The translations under genes were made by a program, and so were the position numbers. A DNA stretch of 64,000 nt from an uncultured Gammaproteobacteria bacterium. GTDB taxonomy: Bacteria; Patescibacteriota; Microgenomatia; UBA1406; HO2-37-13b. The DNA is taken from the NCBI GenBank assembly GCA_964413645.1, contig CAYPSA010000001.1, positions 159,129 through 223,128 on the forward strand. The letters are read 5' to 3'. The notes beneath the pieces are model-generated. The model was given only the letters and a program-made list of their open reading frames with translations. It was not told the DNA's origin and searched no databases. This document shows, piece after piece, positions 43,459 to 54,062 of this stretch (the first letter of the stretch is position 1; each line of letters starts with the position of its first letter).

Positions 43459-44513
43459 CACTCGACGATAAAGCATATATTCAAAAGATAGATTCTGCCA
43501 ATATGATTGGCTCTATTGAACTGCTTGGAAAGCAGATTCAACAAACATGGGATGAAGTAAGCGCACTACCGTTATCAGATTCGTTTAAAGAAATAAAGAA
43601 CATTGTTTTTGCGGGAATGGGAGGATCGGCACTTGGGGCTCATATATTCAAGAACTTGTATGCATCGAGTATTTCCGTTCCTTTTGAAATAGTTAGCGAC
43701 TACAAGCTTCCTTCTTACGTAAATGCAAGCACATTGGTTGTCACTGGAAGCTATTCGGGGACTACTGAAGAAGTATTGAGTTGCTTTGACCAGGCCATTA
43801 CAAAAACGAAAAAAATCATCGTAATTTCTGCTGGAGGACCTTTGGAAGAACGCGCCCATGAAAATAGTATTCCATTTTATAAAATCGATCCCAAGTTTAA
43901 CCCCTGCAATCAGCCACGTATGGGAATTGGGTATTCTATATTTGCACTGCTTACTTTTTTACATACTTTAGGCATAATAACAATTAGTGCTGAAGAGCTC
44001 GCCCAAATCGATGACCTAATTCAAAAAAATAATAGTCAGTTTGGCCTTGCTGCTAATTCAGAAATAAATGTAGCAAAGCAAATTGCTTTTGTTTCACATG
44101 AACAAGTTCCCATACTTATTGCTGGTGAACACTTGGTTGGAGCAATTCATGCTTCTCGTAATCAGATTAACGAGAATGCAAAGTCACTTGCGTTCTACTT
44201 TCCCATTCCTGAACTCAATCATCATCTATTAGAAGGATTAAAATTTCCCACAAGCAACAATGACCACTATGTCCTAATTCATTCCAACGAATACTCTCCA
44301 AAAATCGTGAAACGCATGGAAATTACAAAGGAAGTTTTACAAAAGAGTGGTCACGAAATTACAGAAGTTACTGCTCAAGGAAATTCCAAACTTGCCCAAG
44401 CTATTCAAACTGTGCATTTTGGTTCGTATATCGGATACTACTTAAGCATGTTGTATGGAATCGATCCATCTCCTATTCCAAATGTAGAAAGCTTCAAAAA
44501 GGAACTCGTTTAG
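43455..44513 (+). CDS. Bifunctional phosphoglucose/phosphomannose isomerase (SIS)
   Basis: GMGGSALG, SYSGTTEE, QPRMG, NENAK, PELNH. Confidence 0.92.
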   Translation: MTLDDKAYIQKIDSANMIGSIELLGKQIQQTWDEVSALPLSDSFKEIKNIVFAGMGGSALGAHIFKNLYASSISVPFEIVSDYKLPSYVNASTLVVTGSYSGTTEEVLSCFDQAITKTKKIIVISAGGPLEERAHENSIPFYKIDPKFNPCNQPRMGIGYSIFALLTFLHTLGIITISAEELAQIDDLIQKNNSQFGLAANSEINVAKQIAFVSHEQVPILIAGEHLVGAIHASRNQINENAKSLAFYFPIPELNHHLLEGLKFPTSNNDHYVLIHSNEYSPKIVKRMEITKEVLQKSGHEITEVTAQGNSKLAQAIQTVHFGSYIGYYLSMLYGIDPSPIPNVESFKKELV

Positions 44514-44561
44514 TGATCCGCTAGTTGATTTTACTCCGCCATTTTCTGTACACTAAATATA

Positions 44562-44661
44562 GTCATCCTGAATCCGCAATAGGCGGATGAAGGATCTCGG
44601 TGTGCAAAACACCCAGATTCTTCGTTACCTGCCTGCCGCCAGGCATGGCACTCAGAATGAC
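44562..44661. repeat. Complete inverted pair of GTCAT-tagged repeats upstream of ppsA
   Basis: gtcatcctgaa-tccgcaataggcgga-tgaaggatct ... agattcttcg-ttacctgcctgccgccaggcatggca-ctcagaatgac. Confidence 0.88.
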
Positions 44662-44668
44662 ATATTAT

Positions 44669-46999
44669 ATGCCTAATCAATACATCAAATGGTTCTCCCA
44701 AATCGACAAGCATGACGTTGCTATCGTGGGTGGAAAAGGTGCGAATTTGGGCGAAATGTTTCAAGCAGGTTTTCCTGTGCCATATGGATTTGTTGTAACT
44801 GCCCAAAGCTTTTTTTACTTCATAGAACAGAACAATTTGGAAGCAAAAATATTGCACATGCTCTCGACACTTAACTACGAGAACCCCAAGGAACTTTCCG
44901 ATGTTTCAGGAGATATTCGGAAACTTATTTTAAAAAGTCCTATTCCCAACAAACTAATCAGTGAAATTTTAGACCATTATGAACGACTCGAAATCGAGGA
45001 GTCTAAGCAGTATAAAAATAGGTCGGGAATTTCACAAGTACTAACTCGTCTTAAACATGTATATGATGCGCCATTGGTAGCCGTTCGATCATCTGCTACC
45101 GCAGAAGATTTGCCCGACGCATCGTTTGCAGGACAACAAGAAACATACTTAAACGTAAAAGGAGAGAACCATTTAATCCATAAAATACGAGAGGCATGGG
45201 CTTCTCTTTACACAGAAAGGGCTTGTTATTATCGTCATGCTCAAAAGTACGATCATATCCGAGTAGGTTTAGCCGCAGTAGTTCAACGCATGGTACAATC
45301 GGAAAAATCGGGAATAGCCTTTTCAATTGACCCTGTAACAAATAATAAATCAGTTATTACAATCGAGGCAATCTATGGTTTGGGGGAATACATTGTGCAA
45401 GGGCAGGTAACTCCTGACCACTACGAAGTCGATAAAAAATCATTCTCAATTATTAAGAATCAAATTAAAATACAAAAGGTTAAATTTGTTAAGAAGGGTG
45501 TTGAAAACGTTGAACTTGCTGTTTCAAAAAGTGATGGCGAAAAACAGAAAATAACCGATGAACAAATAATTGATTTAGCAAAAATAGTTGCCAACATTGA
45601 AAAGCACTATTTTTTTCCACAAGACATTGAATGGGCAATAGAAGGCAATTCAATTTACATAGTCCAATCACGTCCAATCACAACAATGAATGAGCATGTC
45701 GCTCAAAATACATCCACATCTCCAAATCAGCGATTACTTGTCAAAGGCGATCCAGCCTCCCCAGGAATTCGATCTGGTAGACCTGTCGTAATAAATTCTC
45801 CAAAAGAAATAGACAAAATCAAAAAAGGCGATGTATTAGTTGCAATGCACACAAATCCCGATTATGTGCCGGCTATGAAAAAAGCAGCGGGAATTATTAC
45901 TGAAACAGGAGGCCGAACAAGTCATGCGGCAATTGTTTCCCGTGAGCTTGGAGTACCAGCTGTAGTAGGCGCAGAAAATGCCACATCACTTTTGCGACAT
46001 GAAAAATTTGTTACCGTTAACGGGGGAACCGGAGAAGTGTTTCGTGGAAATGTACTCATTTCTGATAAGCAGACAGATGAAGAAGAGCACCCCAAGGTGC
46101 AACACCACACTCTTACTCATGTATACGTAAATATGGCTGAAGCTGATCAAGCTCACAAAGTAGCACAAATGCATGTAGATGGCGTTGGTTTGCTCCGTGC
46201 AGAATTTATGATTGCCGATATGGGTACTCATCCAAAAGTTTATGTGCAAGAAGGACGAGAGAAAGAATTTATTAATAAACTCGCGGCTAAATTAACTATT
46301 TTTGCAAAGGAATTTTCACCTCGACCAGTCGTGTACCGTGCTACTGACTTTAAGACAAATGAGTATAAGAATTTAAAAGGCGGAGCTCAGTTCGAACAGC
46401 ATGAGGAAAATCCAATGATAGGTTTTCGAGGCGCAAGTAGATATTTGGCCGACAAAAAAGTATTCGCAATGGAACTTGATGCAATTAAAAAGGTTCGTGA
46501 TGCAGGATATAAAAATGTTAACCTTATGATCCCATTTGTACGTAATCCGCAAGAAATTCGAGATATAAAACAGTTCCTAAGCGACCAGGGCTTTGACGAT
46601 CTACCGTCATTTAAATTATGGGCAATGATCGAAGTTCCAAGTGCAGTAATTATGCTTGATGAAATTCTGGATGCAGGAATCGATGGTATTTCTGTGGGGA
46701 CCAATGATTTGACCATGCTTCTTATGGGCGTTGATCGCGATAATCAAGAAATTGCCTACCTATACGATGAAAGAAGCCCAGCAGTGCTGTGGGCACTTGA
46801 AAAAATTGTTAAAACAGCCCGCAAACACGGCGTCACCGTTTCCGTATGCGGCCAGGCACCTTCCGATTACCCAGAACTTGTTGAGAAACTCGTTGGATGG
46901 GGAGTCACCAGTTTATCGTTGAATCCGGATGCAGTAGATAGAACCAGAGAATTGATTTTTAATGAAGAGAAAAAAATGAAAAGAACAGACGGGCGATGA
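44669..46999 (+). CDS. ppsA: Phosphoenolpyruvate synthase
   Basis: VGGKGANLGE, AVRSSATAED, GGRTSHAAIVSRE, GVGLLRAEF, EENPMIGFRG, CGQAPS. Confidence 0.96.
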   Translation: MPNQYIKWFSQIDKHDVAIVGGKGANLGEMFQAGFPVPYGFVVTAQSFFYFIEQNNLEAKILHMLSTLNYENPKELSDVSGDIRKLILKSPIPNKLISEILDHYERLEIEESKQYKNRSGISQVLTRLKHVYDAPLVAVRSSATAEDLPDASFAGQQETYLNVKGENHLIHKIREAWASLYTERACYYRHAQKYDHIRVGLAAVVQRMVQSEKSGIAFSIDPVTNNKSVITIEAIYGLGEYIVQGQVTPDHYEVDKKSFSIIKNQIKIQKVKFVKKGVENVELAVSKSDGEKQKITDEQIIDLAKIVANIEKHYFFPQDIEWAIEGNSIYIVQSRPITTMNEHVAQNTSTSPNQRLLVKGDPASPGIRSGRPVVINSPKEIDKIKKGDVLVAMHTNPDYVPAMKKAAGIITETGGRTSHAAIVSRELGVPAVVGAENATSLLRHEKFVTVNGGTGEVFRGNVLISDKQTDEEEHPKVQHHTLTHVYVNMAEADQAHKVAQMHVDGVGLLRAEFMIADMGTHPKVYVQEGREKEFINKLAAKLTIFAKEFSPRPVVYRATDFKTNEYKNLKGGAQFEQHEENPMIGFRGASRYLADKKVFAMELDAIKKVRDAGYKNVNLMIPFVRNPQEIRDIKQFLSDQGFDDLPSFKLWAMIEVPSAVIMLDEILDAGIDGISVGTNDLTMLLMGVDRDNQEIAYLYDERSPAVLWALEKIVKTARKHGVTVSVCGQAPSDYPELVEKLVGWGVTSLSLNPDAVDRTRELIFNEEKKMKRTDGR

Positions 47000-47061
47000 T
47001 ACCCGTTTTGCGAAGTCAATTGGGGCCCCTGAGGGGTGAATTGCGAGCAAAATGCGGTATC
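46998..47061. other. Long imperfect hairpin between ppsA and eno
   Basis: gatacc-cgttttgc...caatt / aattg...gcaaaatg-c-ggtatc with inner cccc-tga-gggg. Confidence 0.55.
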
Positions 47062-47086
47062 GAGCGAGTCTGTTCTTCAATAATAT

Positions 47087-48358
47087 ATGTCAACAATAAA
47101 ACAAATCACTGCACGAGAAATTCTCGATTCCCGAGGGTATCCTACGCTTGAAGCCACACTTCTGATGGATACGGGCGAGTCGGTTTTTGCGCAGGCTCCT
47201 TCTGGCGAATCGTTGGGAAAATTCGAAGGCACCGAACTTCGTGACCGCACCGAATCCCGATATGCTGGCATGGGAGTATTACGAGCAGCTTCCTACATTT
47301 CCGATCTCATTGGTCCAAAATTAATTGGCGTTGATGTAACTCGTCAGGCAGATATTGATGCATGGCTACTAAAAGCTGACGGCAGTAAAGATTCATCTAA
47401 GCTCGGTGTTAATACCATCATGACAATTTCGCAGCTTGTTCTAAAAGCAGCGGCAGCTGCACATAAGCAACCAATATATCGCTATTTTAATTCTTTGTAT
47501 AATAGCCAATTTGAAGAAAAAATCACGCTTGAAAAAATGCCCGCTCCGGTAATAAACATGATAAATGGTGGTAAGCATGGTACCAAAAACCTAGAATTTC
47601 AGGAGTTTCATATCATCCCTTCAACGTCACTTTCATTTGCAAAAGCACTTGAAGTTGGAGCAAGTCTATACCTGGCCGTCAAGAACGTTCTAGAATATCG
47701 AAATGCAGGAATTTCTGTTTCCGAAGAGGGTGGTTTTACTCCCAACTTACTCACCAATAGTGATGCTTTAGAAGTTATGCGCGAAACAGTTATTTCCCAA
47801 AAGATGAATTTAGGCGTAGATGTATTTTTTGGACTCGATTGCGCACCGTCATTTTATTACAAAAAGGGAAAATATGTAGTTAAAGATATGCCGCAACCGC
47901 TTTCAGTCGACGAATATGTAAATTTTATTGTTGAACTTGTCAATAAATATACTATTTTATTCCTAGAAGATCCTATCGACGAAGAAGATTATGATGGCTG
48001 GAAAAAAATCATGGAAAGAACGGGAGAAAAAACATATGTTGTAGGAGACGATTTCGTAGCAGGTAATCACGAACGGCTTACTAAGGCTATCAAAGAGAAC
48101 GCGTGCAACAGTATACTAGTCAAATTCAATCAGGTTCCTACAATCACCGACATTCTCACCTACGTCAATACAATAAAAAAAGCAGGTCACAAAGTTATTT
48201 TCTCTCATCGACTAGGGGAAACTACCGATACGATTATTGCCGACCTTGCCGTTGCTATTCAAGCGGATTTTGTAAAATTTGGTGCGCCGGTACGTGGTGA
48301 ACGCGTAGCAAAATACAATCGACTGCTAGCAATTGAAAAAGAGCTTACAAACAAGTAG
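47087..48358 (+). CDS. eno: Enolase
   Basis: REILDSRG.PT, NGGKH, FQEF, EGGF, EDP, VGDD, K.NQ, SHR, ERVAKYNRLL. Confidence 0.94.
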   Translation: MSTIKQITAREILDSRGYPTLEATLLMDTGESVFAQAPSGESLGKFEGTELRDRTESRYAGMGVLRAASYISDLIGPKLIGVDVTRQADIDAWLLKADGSKDSSKLGVNTIMTISQLVLKAAAAAHKQPIYRYFNSLYNSQFEEKITLEKMPAPVINMINGGKHGTKNLEFQEFHIIPSTSLSFAKALEVGASLYLAVKNVLEYRNAGISVSEEGGFTPNLLTNSDALEVMRETVISQKMNLGVDVFFGLDCAPSFYYKKGKYVVKDMPQPLSVDEYVNFIVELVNKYTILFLEDPIDEEDYDGWKKIMERTGEKTYVVGDDFVAGNHERLTKAIKENACNSILVKFNQVPTITDILTYVNTIKKAGHKVIFSHRLGETTDTIIADLAVAIQADFVKFGAPVRGERVAKYNRLLAIEKELTNK

Positions 48359-48369
48359 AATGACTCTGT

Positions 48370-50001
48370 ATGACACCTGTAATATTGATAGTGCTTGATG
48401 GTTTTGGAGTAGCTCCTGCAGGCCCAGGAAATCCCGTTTCAGCAGCTACTATTACGCATATCGACTCTTTCCTGCGTATGTATCCAACAACGCAACTTAA
48501 GGCATCTGGCGAGTCTGTAGGACTTCCAGCAACAGAACCCGGGAACACGGAAGTCGGCCATCTAAACATGGGAGCAGGAAGAGTTATTTACCAAAGTCTG
48601 CCCCGGATAAATTTAGCAATTGGAGATGGATCATTTAATACAAACGAGGTTTTTTTAAAAGCTTTAGATGGGGTAAAAAAATCTGGTAAAAATCTTCATA
48701 TACTGGGTCTGGTGGGTGCGGGTACAGTCCATGCAAGTATTGATCATTTATTCGCGCTCTTAGCACTTTGTCAAAAACAAGATGTCCAAAATGTCTTTAT
48801 TCATCCAATAACTGATGGTCGAGATTCACCTCCCCAATCGGCTCAAACATTCCTTGAACAAATTGATTCGAAATGTAAGGAATATGGACGAGGTAAGATA
48901 GCATCAATAAGCGGACGCTACTACGCAATGGACCGCGATAAACGATGGGACCGAATTGAGAAAGCATATAACTGTTACACACAAGGAGTCGGAGAAAAAG
49001 CTGCAACGTGGCAAGATGCAATAAAACAATCGTATGACAGTAAAGCTACTGATGAGTTTATTTTACCAACGAATATTATTGAAAACGGGCAACCGGTCGC
49101 ACTAGTAAAAGAAGGAGATGTAGTGATTTTCTTTAATTACCGTATTGATCGACCTCGTGAACTTACTCGAGCATTTACCCTTGAAAATTTTGAGGAACAA
49201 GCTAATAAAATCACGTCATACGATCCTTTCGCTACAAAGTATTTTAAAAAACACGTAGACGTTAACGAGCAAATTATCCAACCGCCATTTAAACGAGGTC
49301 CCCGAATTCCTAATTTGACATTTATTACCATGGTAGAATATGAAAAAGATGTTCCTGTCCAGGTTGCATTTCCACCACACGGTGTTGCAATGCCACTGGG
49401 AAGAGTTTTATCAGATCATCAAATACCACAATTACGAATTTCTGAGAGTGAAAAAGAGCGTTTCGTAACGTTCTATTTCAATGGATTACGCGAAGGAGCA
49501 TTTCCACTGGAAGATCATCTGATCGTACCATCTCCAAAAGTTCCAATGTATAACCAAAAACCGGAAATGTCGGCATATGAAATTACAGATATTCTTGTAA
49601 AAAAAATCCACGAAAAAAAATATCAGTTTATCTTAGTTAATTACGCCAATCCCGATATGGTCGGCCATACTGGCGACATTACTGCCTGCATAAAGGCTAT
49701 TAGCACCATCGATGACTGTTTAGGAAAAGTTGTTGATGCAGCTCTGCAAAGCGATTATGCAGTGCTTATTACAGCCGATCACGGAAATGTAGAAGAGAAA
49801 CTCAACAAAGTTACGGGTGAAATGTCAACAGAGCACACGAGTAACCCTGTCCCATTTCTTGCAATAAGTAACAAATTGAAAGGCAAGCCAGTACGTCTTC
49901 AATCGGGAATTTTGGCTGATGTAGCGCCTACAGTATTATCGCTTCTTGGAGTATCGGTACCTCGCGACATGATGGGAAGAAACCTCTTAGAGGAAATCTA
50001 A
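48370..50001 (+). CDS. gpmI: 2,3-BPG-independent phosphoglycerate mutase
   Basis: LDGFG, GNTEVGH, DGRD, GRYYAMDRD, NPDMVGHTG, TADHGN. Confidence 0.96.
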   Translation: MTPVILIVLDGFGVAPAGPGNPVSAATITHIDSFLRMYPTTQLKASGESVGLPATEPGNTEVGHLNMGAGRVIYQSLPRINLAIGDGSFNTNEVFLKALDGVKKSGKNLHILGLVGAGTVHASIDHLFALLALCQKQDVQNVFIHPITDGRDSPPQSAQTFLEQIDSKCKEYGRGKIASISGRYYAMDRDKRWDRIEKAYNCYTQGVGEKAATWQDAIKQSYDSKATDEFILPTNIIENGQPVALVKEGDVVIFFNYRIDRPRELTRAFTLENFEEQANKITSYDPFATKYFKKHVDVNEQIIQPPFKRGPRIPNLTFITMVEYEKDVPVQVAFPPHGVAMPLGRVLSDHQIPQLRISESEKERFVTFYFNGLREGAFPLEDHLIVPSPKVPMYNQKPEMSAYEITDILVKKIHEKKYQFILVNYANPDMVGHTGDITACIKAISTIDDCLGKVVDAALQSDYAVLITADHGNVEEKLNKVTGEMSTEHTSNPVPFLAISNKLKGKPVRLQSGILADVAPTVLSLLGVSVPRDMMGRNLLEEI

Positions 50002-50029
50002 TAATCTATCCACCTGGAAGATTGCCAAT

Positions 50030-50932
50030 TCAATTTGCTCCGACTTTCTCAATTATTTTATGCGCGTATAAACTTGCAGCTTTCATAGATTCTTCTATCG
50101 ACATTTCTTTCAAATACGCTGAAATAAATCCTGCACAAAATGCATCGCCTGCACCGGTAGTATCTACCACATCAGCTTTCAAAGCAGGTTGGTGATGCAC
50201 TTTACCACTATCATAAACATAACTTCCGTTTGGTCCGTCTGTAATAATTAGAATCTTCTTTTCAAAACCAACAGCTTTGGCGCAATCGCTATTTAAATCA
50301 ATTTTTTCCTTAACTTTCTTAACCAAATCCGCATACTCATGACCATTCATCGCTAAAACTTGTGCAAGATTTAAAAGTGGCGCAATTTTTTCTAATCCTT
50401 CTGCAATTTCCAGTGCTCCAAGCGCGAGTACGATTTTCTTTTGTGCATCTGCAAAATGCGTAAGCAAATTCACGCGCTCTGCAAGCGAGATACCTGGTAA
50501 ACTCCCCATGTATACAGCTTTCGTATTCAACATATTCTTTTTCATTGCATCTGGAATTTCCAGCGTTTCATGCGGCGTTGCATAATGGATAACTGTTTTC
50601 TCTCCGCTCTCAGACAGAAGTATTGAAGAAACATTCATATATCCGGAATCTACTAGCAAAAACTCGGTGGAAACCATTTTCTTGAGCAACTTCTGCAAAA
50701 TAATTTGTTTAAAACTATTTTCTCCAACTTTAGCTAATACCGCTGTGCTTAAGCCTTGATTACTAGCTCCAATAGCAACATTTGCTCCACTTCCACCAAC
50801 ACTTTCATGAAAATAATCGATGGGGTATTTTCCACCAATCGATAAATTGAAATGGCCGTCTTTTGTACTTAATGACTTCCCTTTGAAATATAGATCCATG
50901 ACTACATTCCCAATCGTAATTAGGTCATACAT
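50030..50932 (-). CDS. PfkB/ribokinase family carbohydrate kinase
   Basis: GGSGANVA and VDTTGAGDAF signatures. Confidence 0.92.
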   Translation of the reverse strand: MYDLITIGNVVMDLYFKGKSLSTKDGHFNLSIGGKYPIDYFHESVGGSGANVAIGASNQGLSTAVLAKVGENSFKQIILQKLLKKMVSTEFLLVDSGYMNVSSILLSESGEKTVIHYATPHETLEIPDAMKKNMLNTKAVYMGSLPGISLAERVNLLTHFADAQKKIVLALGALEIAEGLEKIAPLLNLAQVLAMNGHEYADLVKKVKEKIDLNSDCAKAVGFEKKILIITDGPNGSYVYDSGKVHHQPALKADVVDTTGAGDAFCAGFISAYLKEMSIEESMKAASLYAHKIIEKVGAN

Positions 50933-50968
50933 AATTTAAGTATAGTGAAAATGCACTGGAAATTTCAA

Positions 50969-50997
50969 TTGACAAAACACGCGTAGTTAACTACCAT
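50969..50997 (+). promoter_or_regulatory. Sigma70 promoter for acs
   Basis: TTGACA-17 nt-TACCAT, 6 nt before the ATG. Confidence 0.7.
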
Positions 50998-51003
50998 GAA
51001 TAT

Positions 51004-52731
51004 ATGCATATCCCTAAAATAATACATAAGGAAAAATTCAAGAAAACGCCAAACTTAGAAAATTACGACGCTGTTAACAAATACTTTGATTACGCCAGAT
51101 ATACCGAAGAGCTCGTATGGTTTGAACATGACAAAATAAATGCAGCTTATAACGCGATTACAAAAAATGCTTTGGGAGACCGGAAAAATAAGATTGCGCT
51201 CTATTGGGAAGGAGATAATGGAGAAAGTAAAAAATATACTTTTCTAGAAATTGAAGAAATTTCAAACCAAATTGCAAATTATTTGAAAAGCTTGGGAGTT
51301 ACTAAGGGTGACCGAGTATTTTTATTTTTACCCCGTGTTCCAGAATTATATTGTGCGTTTATTGCTGCATTAAAGATAGGAGCAGTTGCCGGAACAATGT
51401 TTAGCGCATTTGGTCCACAGGCATTATTTGACCGTCTTGATCAATCGCAAGCAAAAGTCCTTATTACCACCAGTGAACTTTCAAAACGACTTGAAACAGT
51501 ACGCAAAGACCTTACTCATTTGAAAAGAGTTTTATTGATCGACAAAGGATTTGAACATGAAATAAGTATGCAATCCAAAAATCTGCACGTCATGCATACT
51601 AACCAAGACGATGATGCATTTATGTTGTATACATCGGGCACAACTGGCAAACCCAAAGGAGTAGTGCATAAACACAAAGCAATTATTCATGAGTATCTTT
51701 CGTCCAAATGGGTCCTCGATATTCGGGAAGATGATATTTACTGGTGTACTGCTGATCCTGGGTGGGTAACAGGCATTGTATATGAAATTCTAGGAACATG
51801 GGCGTGCGGAGCATCTATGGTAGTTCACGCAGGACGTTTTGATCCGGCAATTTGGTATGAAATTATTCAAAAATATCGAGTTAACGTGTGGTATACAGCA
51901 CCCACTGCCATTCGCATGCTTGCGGCTGCAGGGGATAACTTAGTTGAAAAGTACGATCTTTCATCGCTTCGACACATTGCAAGCGTAGGCGAGCCGCTCA
52001 ATCCAGAACTCGTCGTATGGAGCGAGAAAGTGTATGGATTGCCTTTTCACGACACGTATTGGCAAACAGAAACCGGAGGAATTATTATGTCAAATTTCCC
52101 AACACTTCCTATAAAACCGGGAAGCATGGGTAAACCATTCCCGGGAATTATTCCACATATTGTTTCTGACGAAGGCGAAATTCTAAAAACTGGCCAAACC
52201 GGCAGACTCGCATTTGAGCCTAATTGGCCTTCGATTATGAAGAAATTATGGCGTCGACCCGTTAAATTTGAATCGTATTTTGAACGGGTAAAAGGACTTG
52301 CAAATAAACAGCTATATTTTACCGGAGATCAGGCCATGAAAGATGAAGATGACTATTATTGGTTTGTAGGTAGAGCAGATGATGTCATAAAGACATCCGG
52401 AGAACGTGTTGGGCCATTTGAGGTTGAGTCTGCACTTGTTGAGCATGAAGCAGTTGTAGAAGCAGGAGTCATTGGAAAACCTGACGCCGTCCGTGGATCA
52501 ATTATTAAGGCGTTTGTCGTAATAAAACAAGGATTTAAACCTACCGAGCAACTCAAGCATGAACTTTCTGAATACGTTAAGAAAAATTTGGCTGGTCATG
52601 CGTATCCTAAGGAAATTGAATTTATTGACAAACTCCCCAAAACTAGATCTGGAAAAATCATGCGCCGTGTTTTGCGAGCAAAAGAACTTGGGTTGCCAAT
52701 AGGGGATACGTCTACGTTGGAGGAATATTAA
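51004..52731 (+). CDS. acsA: Acetate--CoA ligase (AMP-forming)
   Basis: YTSGTTGKPKG, WCTADPGWVTG, SVGEPLNP, DTYWQTETG, PKTRSGKIMRR. Confidence 0.93.
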   Translation: MHIPKIIHKEKFKKTPNLENYDAVNKYFDYARYTEELVWFEHDKINAAYNAITKNALGDRKNKIALYWEGDNGESKKYTFLEIEEISNQIANYLKSLGVTKGDRVFLFLPRVPELYCAFIAALKIGAVAGTMFSAFGPQALFDRLDQSQAKVLITTSELSKRLETVRKDLTHLKRVLLIDKGFEHEISMQSKNLHVMHTNQDDDAFMLYTSGTTGKPKGVVHKHKAIIHEYLSSKWVLDIREDDIYWCTADPGWVTGIVYEILGTWACGASMVVHAGRFDPAIWYEIIQKYRVNVWYTAPTAIRMLAAAGDNLVEKYDLSSLRHIASVGEPLNPELVVWSEKVYGLPFHDTYWQTETGGIIMSNFPTLPIKPGSMGKPFPGIIPHIVSDEGEILKTGQTGRLAFEPNWPSIMKKLWRRPVKFESYFERVKGLANKQLYFTGDQAMKDEDDYYWFVGRADDVIKTSGERVGPFEVESALVEHEAVVEAGVIGKPDAVRGSIIKAFVVIKQGFKPTEQLKHELSEYVKKNLAGHAYPKEIEFIDKLPKTRSGKIMRRVLRAKELGLPIGDTSTLEEY

Positions 52732-52738
52732 TTATTTA

Positions 52739-53257
52739 CTATTGTCTTTCACCTGATGTATCTCCACTTCGATTTTGTAACTTTAAAATAATATCACCCA
52801 ATGCTAGAATTTCGCTGAACGTGCTATCTTGGATTTGTAATTCCGATTCATCAGAAGTTTCTCTAGATATCTTAGTAATTTCCCAAAGATTACTAAGTCT
52901 TCTATGAAGATGGCCTGCGATCTCAGACCTTAATTCTTCTTCGAAAATACCAAAATTTCTCCATGCCAATAGTCGATCATCAAGTGGTCGTTCATCATCG
53001 GCACGCTTCAACAGAGTGGCAAAAGTTCCTACACCATAAGACTGTACAACTGAAATTGCCGTACGCATTACTACATAATTATCAAATTCAAGAACGTACC
53101 GAGAAAATGCATCTGGGTCTACTTGTCTACTTTTTTGGGCGTCGTCTAAGATATACGTGATGTTATCTTGATCATTGGGATTCTCAATATCTACAAAATC
53201 GATCAAACATTCTGATAATGTATACGCAAAGGGTTTTCCATGCTCTCGGCTGTTCAT
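52739..53257 (-). CDS. Hypothetical protein
   Basis: 172-aa acidic ORF with an upstream TATAAT. Confidence 0.55.
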   Translation of the reverse strand: MNSREHGKPFAYTLSECLIDFVDIENPNDQDNITYILDDAQKSRQVDPDAFSRYVLEFDNYVVMRTAISVVQSYGVGTFATLLKRADDERPLDDRLLAWRNFGIFEEELRSEIAGHLHRRLSNLWEITKISRETSDESELQIQDSTFSEILALGDIILKLQNRSGDTSGERQ

Positions 53258-53268
53258 AATGGCTCATA

Positions 53269-53961
53269 TTATATCACAAGTCGCATTGCAACAGTCAGTT
53301 CGCCCTTGTATGACTCTTTGGTAAGTTCCTCCGGAGTACCTCGTAACACCTCTTCAAACTTCTTCGTCATTTCTCTACATATGGCTAATTGAGACGTTGG
53401 GGCTTTTTGAGTAATTAATGAAAGTGTTTCATTAATTCTAAAAGGGGATTCGTAGAAAGTAAAAATGGGCTGTTCTAAATTCTGTGCAGTCGCAGTCATC
53501 TTGTCCAAAGCTTTAAGCACTTCTGACTTCTTCTTTGGCAAAAATCCCACATGAACAATTGATTTGAATTTAAAACCAGAAAGTGTAGCAGCATTTACAA
53601 ATGCCGTTGGACCAGGAATAACTGTAAATTCGATATTGTTGGACGTTAAATGTTGAACAAGCGGAGATCCAGGGTCAGAAATAAGCGGCATGCCAGATTC
53701 TGAAATAAGTGCAATATCTAAACCGTCTTCCAGCCATTCAAGTACCGATGGGAGTCGTTCGAACTCATTGTCTTTATATAAACTCACAATCTGTTGTTCT
53801 TTAGCAGGTGAAAGTTTATATAACTCCTGGATAATCGGGTAGAAAGTTGCAAACGAACGCGTGTCTTCGGCCAAAATAACATCAGCATTCGTAAGCGTTT
53901 CAACGGCTCGCAAGGAAATGTCACGGGCGTTTCCTAGAGGTGTGCCAACGATGTATAACAT
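53269..53961 (-). CDS. rsmI: 16S rRNA C1402 2'-O-methyltransferase
   Basis: LYIVGTPLGN..DIS.RA, AEDTR, SESGMPLISDPG, YESPFR, REMTKKFEE. Confidence 0.93.
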   Translation of the reverse strand: MLYIVGTPLGNARDISLRAVETLTNADVILAEDTRSFATFYPIIQELYKLSPAKEQQIVSLYKDNEFERLPSVLEWLEDGLDIALISESGMPLISDPGSPLVQHLTSNNIEFTVIPGPTAFVNAATLSGFKFKSIVHVGFLPKKKSEVLKALDKMTATAQNLEQPIFTFYESPFRINETLSLITQKAPTSQLAICREMTKKFEEVLRGTPEELTKESYKGELTVAMRLVI

Positions 53962-53983
53962 GTACCTATTATACTCCACATAC

Positions 53984-54035
53984 AGATTCTTCGTCGCAAT
54001 TCGCCAGCTGGCGAAGGTAAAACGCTCAGAATGAC
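53984..54035. repeat. GTCAT-tagged repeat (minus orientation) between divergent rsmI and uvrB
   Basis: agattcttcg-tcgcaattcgccagctggcgaaggtaaaacg-ctcagaatgac. Confidence 0.85.
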
Positions 54036-54062
54036 CCCATTTATGGTACAATAGTAGGTCAC

